64,000 nt of DNA from Fimicolochytrium jonesii. Lineage: Eukaryota. The stretch covers positions 620,001 to 684,000 of the forward strand of contig NW_026515674.1 in NCBI RefSeq assembly GCF_025526975.1. Direction: 5' to 3'. The notes under the pieces are model-generated. The model did not search any database. It saw only the letters and a list, made by a program, of their open reading frames with translations, and was not told the origin of the DNA. This document shows, in pieces, positions 38,026-50,142 of the stretch; position 1 is the first letter of the stretch; each line of letters opens with the position of its first letter. Position numbers and translations under genes: made by a program.

Positions 38026-39400
38026 ATGAAGACCTCAGAGGCCCACATTTTGAGGGCAAGCGTGCCGTCGGAGTTTGCCCGTTTTGGTGCGTACTGTCAA
38101 TTTCTACATCGTCCGAGAAGAAAGTGTCATAGAAAGTGTTATCTCTATATAGAGAGAAAGTGACACGAATCGCTGTTTTGTCATTATAGAAATCGAGTTG
38201 ACACATGAGCCTCAGCTCGCCCACTACATCGACCCAGCAACCGGTGCCGAGAAACCCACCAAATCGCACCCCCTGCAAAGTCTTTGCGTGGCCGGCCGCG
38301 TTCATGTCCACTTGAAGAAGCAAGTTAAAGCACAAGCATTAGGCATCCGCTTCTTCGGAATCGAAGAGGATGAAGCTCATTTCAACGATGAAACATACAT
38401 GGGCGGGTACAACACAAACCGAAGTGCCCTTCCGGACGAATCCAAGACGTTCTGGGAGGGAAAGGTCCTCGATCCGGGCGAATACGTCTACGATTTTGAA
38501 TTTGCTTTCAAGCCACAAGCTCCCGCGACCTTCAGAGCGTCCTACTGTCGCCTGTTGTACAAGCTGCACGCTGTTGTCACTCCAGGCAAGAACTGGATGG
38601 GCATCCGACCTCCGAACATAGTCTGCGAAAAGATCGTCTGGCTGAAGAAACTCATGATCGCCCCTCCGCCCGCCGCGTTCCCAAAGGTGTTCCCGGACGA
38701 ACCGCACAACGTTGAAACACTTCCCGGCCTGACGAACGAGCAGACCACGGTCGCCGATATCGGTGCCGCACATCTGACCTTGACGACCGCGAAACGGATC
38801 ATATTCGACAAGGAGGGCGACACCAAGCCCGGCCACCTCGAGCTGCAACTCAACGTCGTTCCGAAGCCTGGCATCGCCACACCGCCCACCGTTGCCATGC
38901 AATCGGTAGAATTCGGCTTCCGCGAGTTCCTGGCGTCGAACTACACCATGACCAAAACAGAGGCCATGGTTTCATTTGCCTTGTCTTTGGGCCTCCCAGG
39001 GCCGGGCTCAACCATATCCTCCACCGCTGGGGTAGGTGCTGGGTTAGGCGGCGATGCTGGCGGCGACCTGAGATACATCTCCGGGCCACAAAAGTACCAA
39101 CTGGGAACCCAAGCACGGGTCACCGAACCCAGCGTTTTCCTCCTTCAATTCGTGAAGCCGCAGCAGTGGCACGATGATGTCCTAGGGCGAAGAACCTCGT
39201 GCATGCACTATGTAGAGGGCAAAGTGTCGTTGACCATTGACGGGAAGAAGGAAAAGGTCAAATTTCGCATGCCTATCAGCGTGCATGGGAGTCCGTCAGT
39301 ATGGCAAGACTTTGGCGCAGACTTTACCGGCTTGGCGTTGGACGAAGGAGCTCCCAGCCCCAAGAGTTCCCGCACTGATGCTCCGGCATATTCTCCTTAA
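38026..39400 (+). CDS. Alpha-arrestin-like protein (arrestin N domain)
   Basis: VAGRVHVHLKK, LDPGEYVYDFEF..PATF..CRLLYKLHAVV; short first exon joined by an intron; APAY near the C-terminus. Confidence 0.65.
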
Positions 39401-39578
39401 GGACCAGTCCTTTGTGAAGAAGTTGTACTGTACATGGGAATTGTTTAGCTGTTTTGAATCTGGCTGTTTGTATATACATAGGAGGGCATCCCTGATCCCG
39501 CTATATAGTTCTTTAGTTTCTTGGGAAGAGCAGCAACTACCTCTTACTCGCGATTGTTGTGCGATATCTACTACGTAA

Positions 39579-41175
39579 TCAGACTTTCATAAGCCGTTCC
39601 ATCATAAGCCTCGTTATCGTCGTTTGATCTCCCGGCGCCATGTGCCCAGCTCTCGTTAACACTACCCGTCTTAACTGCCTATACTCTGTAACATACCCTA
39701 CCACTTCGTCTCCAACATTCCACACAACACGCTCAGCGTCACGGTACCCAGCGGCTCCATCCCAATCCAGGTTTTCGATCCACTCTGTTTGGCCAAGCGG
39801 GCCGTCACGAAAATCGAACTGGCCTTGAAAGAGGAGGACGCGGCAGGAGTCGGAGTTGAGAATGTTGAGAATGGCCGGGACGGCGGACTTCATGACGTCG
39901 GCTGTGAGCAGGGTTTTGATGAAGGGAGAGCGGGCGTGGAATGCGGGTGGGCACCCTTCGTCGCCAACCCGCCTCACTCCATCCTGGATTTGCGTCGCAG
40001 CGCGACAGACATTGATAGCCCTCCGCACATCCTCACGGGACAAGAACCGATCCAGCGTCGAATGGTCCGTCTGCGTCGAACCTTTCCGCACATCGTACGC
40101 GTTCACACCTCCAGTGACATTGGCTACATACTCAAACAGCCGCGTCCGCGCCACCGTCGCGTCCACCCACCGCTTGCTTCCCGCGAGAGCTGTGGCATCC
40201 TGGGCAAACGTGTCCACCACCCGCGCTTGAGATCCAGTTAGGAGTCCTAACGCGAGTCCTAATGGCGCGTGGGCTTTGATTTGGGTGGTTGGGTCGGTGA
40301 GGCCGTCCCCGATAGCAATGCCCTCCAACGGTAGTTTGCGCTCATTCGAAGTCGACGCAGCCGCGTTCCGCGCCAGAATGGCGGCTGCGAGCTCCGGGAC
40401 GTATTTGCCCGCGTACGATTCACCGGCGAGGTAGAGCGGTCGGGAGGATTGTTCCGGAAACACCGCGTAGAACTTGTCGAGAAACGATATGAGGTCCCTG
40501 CTGATCGCCGGCTGGTTGGTCGGGTAGCCTTCATGGTACGCCGGTAGCGCTTCGTCGTCTTCCAGTCTCCTAGTGAGAGGGACATTTCCTTCCTTGCCCG
40601 CGCCTACGAAACTGTAACCCGTGCCGACCGGATTATCAACAAACAGCAAGGACATGCCCCGACTCCACGTTTCCTTTCGTCGCCTCAGCGCTCCCGTTGC
40701 ATTGTTGATCTCAAACGGTCCCATCTCCTCAAGCAACCCAATCATGGAACTTGACCCGGGTCCGCCCTGCAACCATAGCACCAGTGACGCGTTAGGGGAC
40801 GCGGGTGGGAGGGCAGGGACAAACCAGAAGAATGTGTTGGCGACGTGCTGCTTCCCCTGGTTTTCAGGGGCGGTGGAGTTCGGCCATCCGTCTGGGTATG
40901 TCCTTCCAGTCGAAAAAGTACATCCATCAATCAACGATATCGAGCAAGGCGCCGGAATACCCCCCGATATATCTTTACCTGATGTTGATATGACCTGCAT
41001 ACATCTCTGCTACCGCTTTCTCCCCCGCATCCCATAGTAGTCCGTGAACCAGATACTGCGTGCGTTTCGTCAGACGATGACTGCTCTTCGTCGGCGTGTC
41101 CAATACAGGGCACCCGCCCGCGACTAAGACAGAGCCGAGATATACAAGAGCCGTAACTATCGCAAGTGCTGACAT
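39579..41175 (-). CDS. Secreted serine carboxypeptidase, family S10 (CPVL-like)
   Basis: Signal peptide, WLQGGPGSSS, DNPVGTGYS, GESYAGKY, GQFD, AGHM; one intron ~40903-40978. Confidence 0.92.
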
Positions 41176-41791
41176 CCTAAGTTATTTCGAGACGCGATTC
41201 AGGTTAGAGTGCTCGTTGATGAGAGGTTGAGGAATAATCATGGCGAACCTGGCTCTCCAATCGGTCTGCTGGAAGTGTCCATCTTCGACGCGATGCTTCC
41301 GTTGCCATGCATATCGCCCGCGGCCCAGTTGAGGCAGCGTCATAGGGTTTGCTCTCTGACGCCGGTTCGCAAGTACTACGTAGGGATAGCTTTCAGGACT
41401 ATATTATATATCTGGACACGGACAGGCAGCGAAAGGGTTTTGGGCGAGGACTTGACGGGGTGAGGGAATTGACGGCAGGCGTGAGTGACTCAGAGTCCGC
41501 GCGATGACGGCCTGACTCTTAACTTACGCCTAACCCGCATCATCCCGGCTAATCACAACTTGGCGTCTCACCCCTCTCAGCCACTTCCTTCCCAGGAGCT
41601 TACTCCCACCCGTCGCTCATCCCGCCTACAGTATCTGGCTCTCGTCCCTCCTCCAGCCGCAACCGACAGTAACCCAATCCCTCAGCTGTCTCTCCCAGTA
41701 ACGCCCTGCGCCCACCTCCATCTAGTCACAAAAACGGACGTTCCTCCTCGTTCTTGCGCGAAACACGATTGGTAGCGTCGGAAGAGCCATC

Positions 41792-44679
41792 ATGAGCAAG
41801 CAAATGGGAAAGACGCTTCTGCGTTCTGCGTAAGTACTTACCAACTCAGGTTGAGCAGAACGTCGGGGCCTCCCTCTCACATTTGCTCACTGCGAGACGT
41901 TTCCGTACAGCAAGAACTATACGAAAGGATATTCCGATATCCAAATCAAAGTTAGGTAGGTTACGTGCTCATCAATGCCCATCTCGACTGCGATAGTAGA
42001 CTTACATCCCTTGTCTGTAGGCAGGCGACGTCAAATGATCCGGTAGGGATTCACCACTTCTTCCGGCATTCAGGCTTCGTTGGCCACCCCGTAACCCCGC
42101 GTATTCAACATATTCAATTGCGTACTTTTACTTGTTCGAACATAGTGGGGACCGTCGGGGTCTTTGATGGCCGATATTTCCCAATCGACATACAATCAGT
42201 ATGTGCAGAAATGCCCTCATTCTCTTAGCCGACTCGCAACTTACCGAGAATATTCCCTATCTCCACTTTTCTCAGCCGAGATTTCCTTGAAATCATGGAA
42301 ATGGTTGATAAGCGATTGAACGATTCGGGAAAGAACTGGAGACATGTCTTCAAGGTTTGCGATTCATTTCGCGATCACGATTGTCTGCAGTTCATCTCTG
42401 ATTCTCTTCCCTTTGCAAAAGGCCCTGACTCTACTGGATTACTTGCTACACACCGGAGCGGAGGCTGTCATCGCATACGCAAGGGAAAACATACATGTCA
42501 TCAAAACGTTGAAAGAGTTTCAATACATTGATGATGATGGAAAAGACCAGGGAGCGAATGGTAAAAGGATGCGAATTTCATGAAGCGAGAACAGCCTCTC
42601 TGACCGATGTGTGTTGTCCTTTGGCAGTGCGTCAGAAGTGCAAGGACATAGTAGCCTTACTGGCAGACGAGACACGATTACGCGAAGCACGCCAGACACG
42701 GGCAGATATGCGGGGTCGCATGGGTGGCAGCGGATCAAGGCCAGAAAATGACGGTTCGGGTTCAGGCGCATACTATAATGAGGATTTTGAATTACAAAAA
42801 GCGCTTGAAGAAAGTAAGAAGACAGCGCAACAAGATCAGAAACGTAGAGCCGGAGAGGACAAGGAGTAAGCTTCAGATATTGCTTTTCGCAAACTGTTTC
42901 TGCTCCATCGGAAATCCTGATGTTCAAATGTTCTCAGGGAAGAAGAACTCCGACGAGCGTTGGAGCTTAGTGAGAAAGAGGCGATCGAAAGGCGTATGCG
43001 GGAAAGGGACGAAGCAGCGGCGAAAGCTGCTGCCGAACCAGCCAAGGACAACATCATCGATTTCTTTGGCGGTCTCGAAGACACCACTCCAGCAAACCCT
43101 TACGCCCAACAACCGCAACAAACACAAACCTCGTATGATCCATTCTCTGGATTTGGCGGGGCGGATCCCTTTGCTGCTCAGCAGCAGCAGCAATTGCAGC
43201 AGCAGTATGCATTGCAGCAGCAACAACAGCTGGCTCTCCAACAGCAGCTTGCTCAACAACAATTCCAGCAGAACCAAATGTTGCAAAATCAAATGCAAAA
43301 CTCCAACCCATTCGGTACGGCCCCGGCAAACCCTATGCAGGATCAACTCACCGGAAACAACGACGCACTGGCTCGTGGAAGGTAATTATAGCAAGTTGTG
43401 AAGCGCCGTACGCTTTTGGCGCAGACTCTCAAACATATCCCAACACAGTGGCCCGATCGATCCATTCGCGAGTCTTGCCGCTAGCCGCACAGGCGGGTAA
43501 GCATCCTCAATACTCGGTTGACCTCTCTGTCATGTGCTCTAAACTTATCCTCCCTTGCTGTAGCGCAAGCGGAGCAACGCAGTCGAATCCGTTCGGGGTA
43601 GCACAAGGGGCCGGGAACGACATTTTTGGGGGCGGCAATCAGCAGGTACTCCGAAATTTCCTTCAGAATGTTGTATCTTCACCCGTAACTAATGTCAAGG
43701 ATGGTGTATAGAGCCTCGCAAACCAGTCGACAGGTGGAGGATTTGGCAATGCCGCTCAAGTGTCCGCACACAACACTGGCAGTGGGTTTGGCGGATTCAA
43801 TCAGGGTCAGGCGCAGAACCTTGGAGGAGGCTTTGGAGGCTTTGGTCAGGGCGGACAAGCAATCCAGCAGCATAATACGGGCGGTAACTTGGGAAGCAAC
43901 TTGGGAGGTTTTGGTACCCAACCGCTCCAAGCCCACAACACAGGTGGACCATTTGGCAACAGGGGGGGTATTCCTGCACATCTGACTGGAGGAGGATTAG
44001 GCGGCTTTGGCGGCGCTGGATCCCAGGTAACAATGCCATTAGGCTTTTTTCATTCGAAAGGCATATGCTAACCATCTGATCCCGCGAGCAGCCTATTTCC
44101 CAGCACAACACAGGGAGTGGCTTCGGAACGCCCGCTCAAGGCACTGGTGGCTTCAACACACCAAACAAATCCGCCAACGACCTTGTCAACTTGGACGCCT
44201 CCAGTTTGATGAAGGGAAGCGGCTCAGGGGCCGCCAACAACTTTGGCCTCCCCGCCGCAAAGAATCCCTTCGCCACAGCCGGAACCAGTGCTGGTGGAAA
44301 ATTCCAATGGGAGGCGCCAAAACCCTCCCAGCCCACCCTCGCTCAACTTGCCACCCAAAACACCACTCAAAGCACATTCGGCGGTGGTGGCTTCAACGGT
44401 GCAGGCGGCAACAACAACAACGCTTTCGGTGGCATGCAGACCGGATTCGGCGGCGCTTTCCCACAACAACAGCAGCAACAGCAACAGCAGCAACCATTCT
44501 TCGGCGGCGGGGTTCAAGGCGGCCAAGGCTTCGGAAACCCCCAGCAAGGCGCCACATCTTTCGGTGGCCAACAACAGCAAGGGTTCCAGCAACAGCAAAA
44601 CGCGTTCGGCCAGAACCCATTTGGCGCTCAGCAAAACCAGCATAATCAGCAGCAAATGGGAGGTGGATCCTTCTTCTGA
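41792..44679 (+). CDS. ENT1: Epsin (ENTH domain, UIMs, NPF/DPF motifs, Q/G-rich tail)
   Basis: ATSNDPWGPSG, KRLNDSGKNWRHVFKAL, KTLKEFQYIDDDGKDQG, ELQKALEESKK, repeated NPF. Confidence 0.92.
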
Positions 44680-45128
44680 TTCTGAAAGCGGTTAAATATG
44701 CCGAAGTGAGATGCAGTATCTCCTCCGAAAACCCAATCGTTTTTGTGGTCATCCCCTCCTTCATCGACGTTGATATCCCACCCCTTTTCCTTTACTTCCA
44801 CGAGAACCTCAGCGGAGGTTTCTTACACCAGCCTCCAACAACCTCATTGTCCTTTACGTCCCTCTTCTAATACACTTGAACGCATCGAGACTCTTTCAAT
44901 CGGTCGCACGAAACGCTTGATGCCGTTTGGCCCACTGTCAAAGACGCGTAGCATTTGATTTCTCACCCAGGCGCATTGAAGGTAAACCTTCTCCTCGCCC
45001 TCCAAATACATTCTCTTGGCCAATGATTTGAGGTTGATTCTACGATGACAATTGCTGCTATGTACATTCTAGACTGCGATGTGATGTAATGCATGATGGA
45101 TGATGAATGAGGTAGATGAGTGTGATTT

Positions 45129-47056
45129 TTAAGGCTCCATCTGCTCAGTTTGCTGCTGGTTTTTCGTTTCGAAGAAATCCTTCTGAACGATGTACCGAAC
45201 GCACTGCAGGATCGTGTTTTGTTCCTTCCTGATGTCCGCTTCCAGGAGCTGTGAGGAATTAGTGAAACGGAACAGACACCGTCAGCCTCCACCTCGGAAC
45301 CCCAAGGCACCATAATCCTGCTGCTACTGTCCAACAAGAAGGCTGCACAAGCAAAACGCACCATCTTCAACAAAGGCCGTCTACTCCCCGCTGCAGCCGC
45401 ACTACTCGCCGCCGCCCGACGAGCGTTGGCGGCCTCCTTCTGTTCGGCAGTCTTTGGCGGCGGCCGCTCATGCCGGAAAGCACAGCTATCGCCTTTTGTG
45501 CATCGGTTGCGGAGGAAGTATTTGCAGATTGGCATGCTGCGCGGTTGGCGTTGCGGGGTTGGGTGCGCGGCGTCGGGTGTGGGTGCCGTCGCTTCCTCTT
45601 CGTCATCGTCGGAGGAATCTGATGAGGAGAGGGAGGATGCGTCGGATGTTGGGTCAGGTTTGGGAGTTGTTGATAAGGGGTCTGCGCCCTCGGTCGGGGC
45701 GAGTTCTTCGGCGTCGGAAGAGATGTCGGAGGCGTATGCAGTGAGCAGCCCGAGACCGTTTTTGATCGGTTCCTGTATTTGTTATCCATTAGCCATCTGC
45801 AGCAGAGGTGACAGGATTGCCACCGTGACAGCCAGCTTCGCTCGATGACCTACCTCGCGCTTGACCTCAACCACTGGCGTGGAAGCCACGTGCATCTGCC
45901 GCAACGGTCCGCGCTCTTTCCGATTGCCCTTAAGCCCTTTCGGTTCACGTATCACATCTCCTCGATTGTGTCGCTCTTGTTCCGCCAATGTCTGATGCAC
46001 ACGAAGCAAATATATAGCGTGAGCAACCACGGTCCAACAGAGAATGGTGAAGGAGTACTTTCCCATTCATACCTTTGCACGGATGTTCGCTTCCGTTGGG
46101 TATTTTTTCTTCCGCTCCTGAATCCATTGAGCTATCTCTTCTGGGGTATCTTTGCTCACAAACGTCCTCCTAATGATATAAAAGTTCCATCAGAACCCCG
46201 TCGCTGACATCCGTCCACGCAAACACCTCCAGGGGGCTTACTTGACTCCATCGACAATGGCATGCACTTCCTCCTCATGCCCTCGCACAACCTTCTTAGA
46301 TGCTTCGAACTCGCATTCAGAGCACTTCACATGCTGTTTGCAGTGCGTTCGATACTGCGATTCGACTTCAAACGTCTTCTCGCAGTTTTCGCATGAAAAC
46401 GGCGCCGGTGGCTTCGTTTGCGCTGCTGCTGTGTATGGTTCCATGGCCGCGCTTCCCAATAATGCAATAGATGATGGGTCTGCATAACCATATGACCCTG
46501 ATTGTTGCTGCATCGGCAGCTGCTGCTGCTGCTGTTGGTGCGTCAGGAACGTGCCTAGCTGCCCTGCCATCGCTAACAACGTCGGCAGCATAGCCAGGTT
46601 CCTCTGCTGAACTTGTTGTTGCTGCTGCTGCAAAAGTAACTGCTGCTGTTGATGAAGCGTTTGCTGAGGTGGTATTGACCCTGACTGGTCCATTTGCAGA
46701 GGCTGGTAATACGCCTGTTGTGGCTGCTGCCATGGATACGCAGCATTCTGTGGGTCCTGTCCAGCCAAGTATTGCTGTTGGAGCAGCTGCGGCTGCTGAT
46801 ATTGCTGAGCCTGCTGTGCTGCACTAACACCGTCACCTCCCGAGAACTGCTGCTGTTGTTGTCTTTGGTAGTGTTGGGCCGGATATGGCTGGTGCCTATT
46901 GTTTTGTCGGTCCCCTCCACCACGTCCGCGAAATGGCCTGGAGCCTCCGCGTCGACCCTGATTTTGTGCTGCTCCTCCGCCTCCACCTTCTCGCTCTCCC
47001 CCTCCCCTCCAGGCGGGGGGCGGGCGATAGTTGAAGCCCGAGTTATTGCCCTGCAT
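45129..47056 (-). CDS. NUFIP1/Rsa1-like box C/D snoRNP assembly factor with C2H2 and CCCH zinc fingers
   Basis: CENCEKTF..HCKQHVKCSECEFEAS..HEEEVH, CKYFLRNRCTKGDSCAFRH, C-terminal LLEADIRKEQNTILQCVRYIVQKDFF. Confidence 0.85.
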
Positions 47057-47390
47057 TTCGGGTAGTGCCTTGAGTAGTGATAGAGAAAAGAAACAAAAAC
47101 GACGGAATGTGGGAAGAGGGAGCGCGTTGGCTGCGAGCGATGACTGCGCGTACCGAAGTCTGACCGGGAAGAGGGGTTTGCAACTTTGCATCAAGCGACT
47201 TGTCCAGAAAACACCCTTCAGTCCGTTGCCAGACTGCTGTACGGCAAATACACAGTCCATTTGGTCCATATACAGAGGCTGCAAGAGAGAGCACTGCCAG
47301 GCTCGTTCATATATAAATATATATATAGTCTCAGGTCTTTTGAACGCGCAGGCCCATTTTCGCAGGACGGAGAACCCTTGATACGATACC

Positions 47391-48791
47391 ATGTCCTCAC
47401 GAAAAGCCAAGTCGGGGAACGCCCTGACCGCCAAAGAGCAGACGGTACTCGATCGAATCAGGCAGCATCCTAAGGTACGTGGTCCAGAGGTGGCTGGTTA
47501 GTGTTTGCTGGTCTTTTCAACAGGCGAAAACTAACGTTTCGTGACTCGGTCTGTGGTTAGGGTATCGACCAAGATGCTCTGAGGAACGAACTTGAAGGGT
47601 GGGAGGCCAACGAAATCTTGGAGCACTTGAACTCACTCAGCTCGAAGGTGTGTTATCCTGCGCAAGAAACGGTGAAGTGCGGTGAAGAGAGCACACAGCT
47701 AAAAGTGTTCTCCACTTGTCTCAGCAATATGTCGACTTCATGGCGATGACAAAGACTGGAAAGCTTGCTGTGAAAGCTCGCTCAAATGAAGAGGCTACAA
47801 TGTAGGAGGCGCTCCGCCCTCTCCGAGCTGCAGGATTCCGCTAAATTTCTTCTCTTCTGCTCGCCATGCAGAGCGGGCGGTATGAAAGACGAGGAACGCA
47901 TCATCTACCGACTCGTTAAAGATGCAAAGAACAATGGAATATGGCTCAAACAGCTCAAGGATCGCTCCGGATTGCACACACAACTTGCCAATACGGTGAT
48001 CAAGAATCTGGAGAAAAAGAATATCATTAAATGGGTCAAACCGGTTAAGGTCTGTTGTCTAAGTGCTTCCTTTTGATTCTGATGGCTCTATTGATAAATC
48101 CATCCCGGCGCAGACTCCACATAAGAAGGTTTATATGCTATACGAGCTGGAACCTTCAACGGAACTGACAGGAGGAGCGTGGTATACAGACAACGAGATG
48201 GATATGGACTTCATCGAACAACTGTCCAAGCAGGTTCATAAATATATCGTTATGAAGGTATGCCTCCCAGTGCATTGTCGATCACCTTCCTATCCACTCA
48301 GATTAACGTCGCCCGTAATGCCTTCACAGAGCTATCCACCAAAAAACAAAGACGCCGTATACCCAGCAAGTCATTCCAACTACCCCACCGCATCCGCCAT
48401 CCACAAGTTCATCACGCAATCCGGGCTTACAACCGTTCCTCTTTCCGTCGCCGACGTCCAGGCCCTCCTCGACCGACTCTACTACGACGGCAAAGTGACG
48501 CGCCTGCAGAAAACTGGATATGCCACCAGCGAAGAGGAGGAATCCGCAGGCGAAGAAGAAGAGGTGATGGATCTTGATGATGATGACGATTTCAGGGGCG
48601 GCAAGGAGACGGTCCGTGATCTGCAGCATCATGCGTGGATGTATAAGGCTATTGGCGGAGCGGCCATCGAGGAGCGGAATGCGTGGACGGATATGCCTTG
48701 TGGGCGGTGCCCTGTGTTTGATTTCTGCACTGAGTCGGGGCCGGTCAATCCTTCGAAGTGTGTGTACTTCAAGGATTGGTTGGCCTTATGA
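47391..48791 (+). CDS. RPC34: RNA polymerase III subunit C34 (RPC6/POLR3F)
   Basis: NNGIWLKQLK, KKVYMLYELEPSTELTGGAWY, LLDRLYYDGKV, PCGRCPVFDFC..NPSKC Fe-S motif. Confidence 0.93.
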
Positions 48792-49031
48792 CGAAAGCGT
48801 ATTCGAGTAGGTACTGTAGGTCAGATCGGAAGTGTGCCCGATGGTACCCCGCGAGCTTGAGGCAGCTCCATTGTCACAACTGCGGGGTCGATTCCTTCAT
48901 AATTTAAGTGATCGCATTTTGTATATACGAAAGCATTAGATGGTCTTAGATACCCCAGATTCTCCAAGACTGTGGCTCGAGTGCAAGTGTGACAGACTGA
49001 CAGTGCAAATCTTGCGAATGTCAAATGCGGG

Positions 49032-49894
49032 GTGAGCATCTTGGGTGAGCTGACGATTCCCGAGGACAAGTGCAAGGGTTACCAGCAGCTAATTGGTGAT
49101 GTTGACGAGCTGACCGTGCAAAACACTGCAAACCCCGCGGCCGAGCTGAACACTCCCTTGCCGTTCTTCTTTTGCCAGTCGTGGGGCCAGGCGCTCCCCA
49201 TCGTCTCGCTCATGTTCCACGAGGTGCGTATCAACTTCCAGCTTGCCACCTTCAACGAGCTCGTCATTACTGGAAACGGTATTCCGATTGCCAACCCGCC
49301 TAGCCTTGTGAATGTTGACCTGTTCATGACCTACGTCTACCTCGACGGTGTTGAGCGCAAGGTCTTTGCCCAATCGAGCCACGAGTACCTCGTGCAGCTG
49401 TGGCAGTACACTGGCACCGAGTCTGTTGCCTCTAGCAACCCCAAGATCAAGCTGACGTTCGCTCACCCGGCCAAGGAGATTATTTACCCGGCCAGTAAAG
49501 TGGCCAATGTTGACAACTATGCGAACAGACACTTTGACTACACTGATTCGGGAACTTCCGGAGACCACTACAACGGCAACGACCCGGTTGTTTCCGCCAA
49601 GCTCCTACTGAACACCACCGAGCGTCTGTCGGAACGCAGCTCGGCCTTCTTCTCGACGCTGCAGCCGTACTGGCACCACACCCGCTGCCCCGCACGTGGA
49701 ATCGGGCTGTACTCCTTTGCGCTCAACCCTGAGGCCCTGCAGCCCAGTGGCAGTTGTAACTTTTCGCGCCTGGAGAACGTCTCTCGCTCAACTTTTCTCT
49801 CGGCACTGGTACCGCCGCTGTCACCTTCTATATCATGGCCCGAGTGTACAACGTATTACGTGTGTCGGGCTTGGGTGGTTTGGCCTACGCCTCA
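49032..49894 (+). pseudogene. NCLDV double-jelly-roll major capsid protein, 5'-truncated and frameshifted
   Basis: ELT..K..GYQQLIG, PLPFFFCQSWGQALPIVSLMFHEVRINF, YVYLDGVERKVFAQSSHEYLVQLWQYTG, FAHPAKEI, YSFALNPEALQPSGSCNFSRLEN; after a frameshift at ~49782: SLNFSLG..YNVLRVSGLGGLAYAS. Confidence 0.93.
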
Positions 49895-49941
49895 ACCAGG
49901 GATGTGGGCAACCATCCCTACGCCTCAACCAGGGATGTGGG
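49884..49941. repeat. 25-bp direct repeat (cctacgcctcaaccagggatgtggg) x2 with an 8-bp spacer
   Basis: Exact copies at 49884-49908 and 49917-49941. Confidence 0.95.
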
Positions 49942-50142
49942 ATTTGGTGAGGGAGACAAGAGCTTCCTGGATCTCAGCGGATTCGACAGCGCCATCGAGG
50001 TGTGCTAGATTGTTTGAAGGAATAAGGGACATGGCGTGTACATATGGGGTTGTAAGGGTAGTTTGGGCCCACCCGGTTGCGTTACTATGCTTCACTGATT
50101 AACGAAATTATTCATTGATGCAAAGTTTCTATTAACATCATA

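Noticed and set aside
43180..44660. CAG/CAA-rich repeats as an independent repeat element
   Set aside because: Ordinary polyQ and Gly-rich coding sequence of epsin; the same applies to NUFIP1 at 46500-46870
49884..49941. Direct repeat as a CRISPR array or LTR/target-site duplication
   Set aside because: Only two copies with an 8-bp spacer, no cas or retroelement genes, eukaryotic context
49785..50102. C-terminal ~105 aa of the listed 356-aa ORF as genuine capsid sequence
   Set aside because: Out-of-frame read-through after the TC slippage; the conserved MCP ending is in another frame
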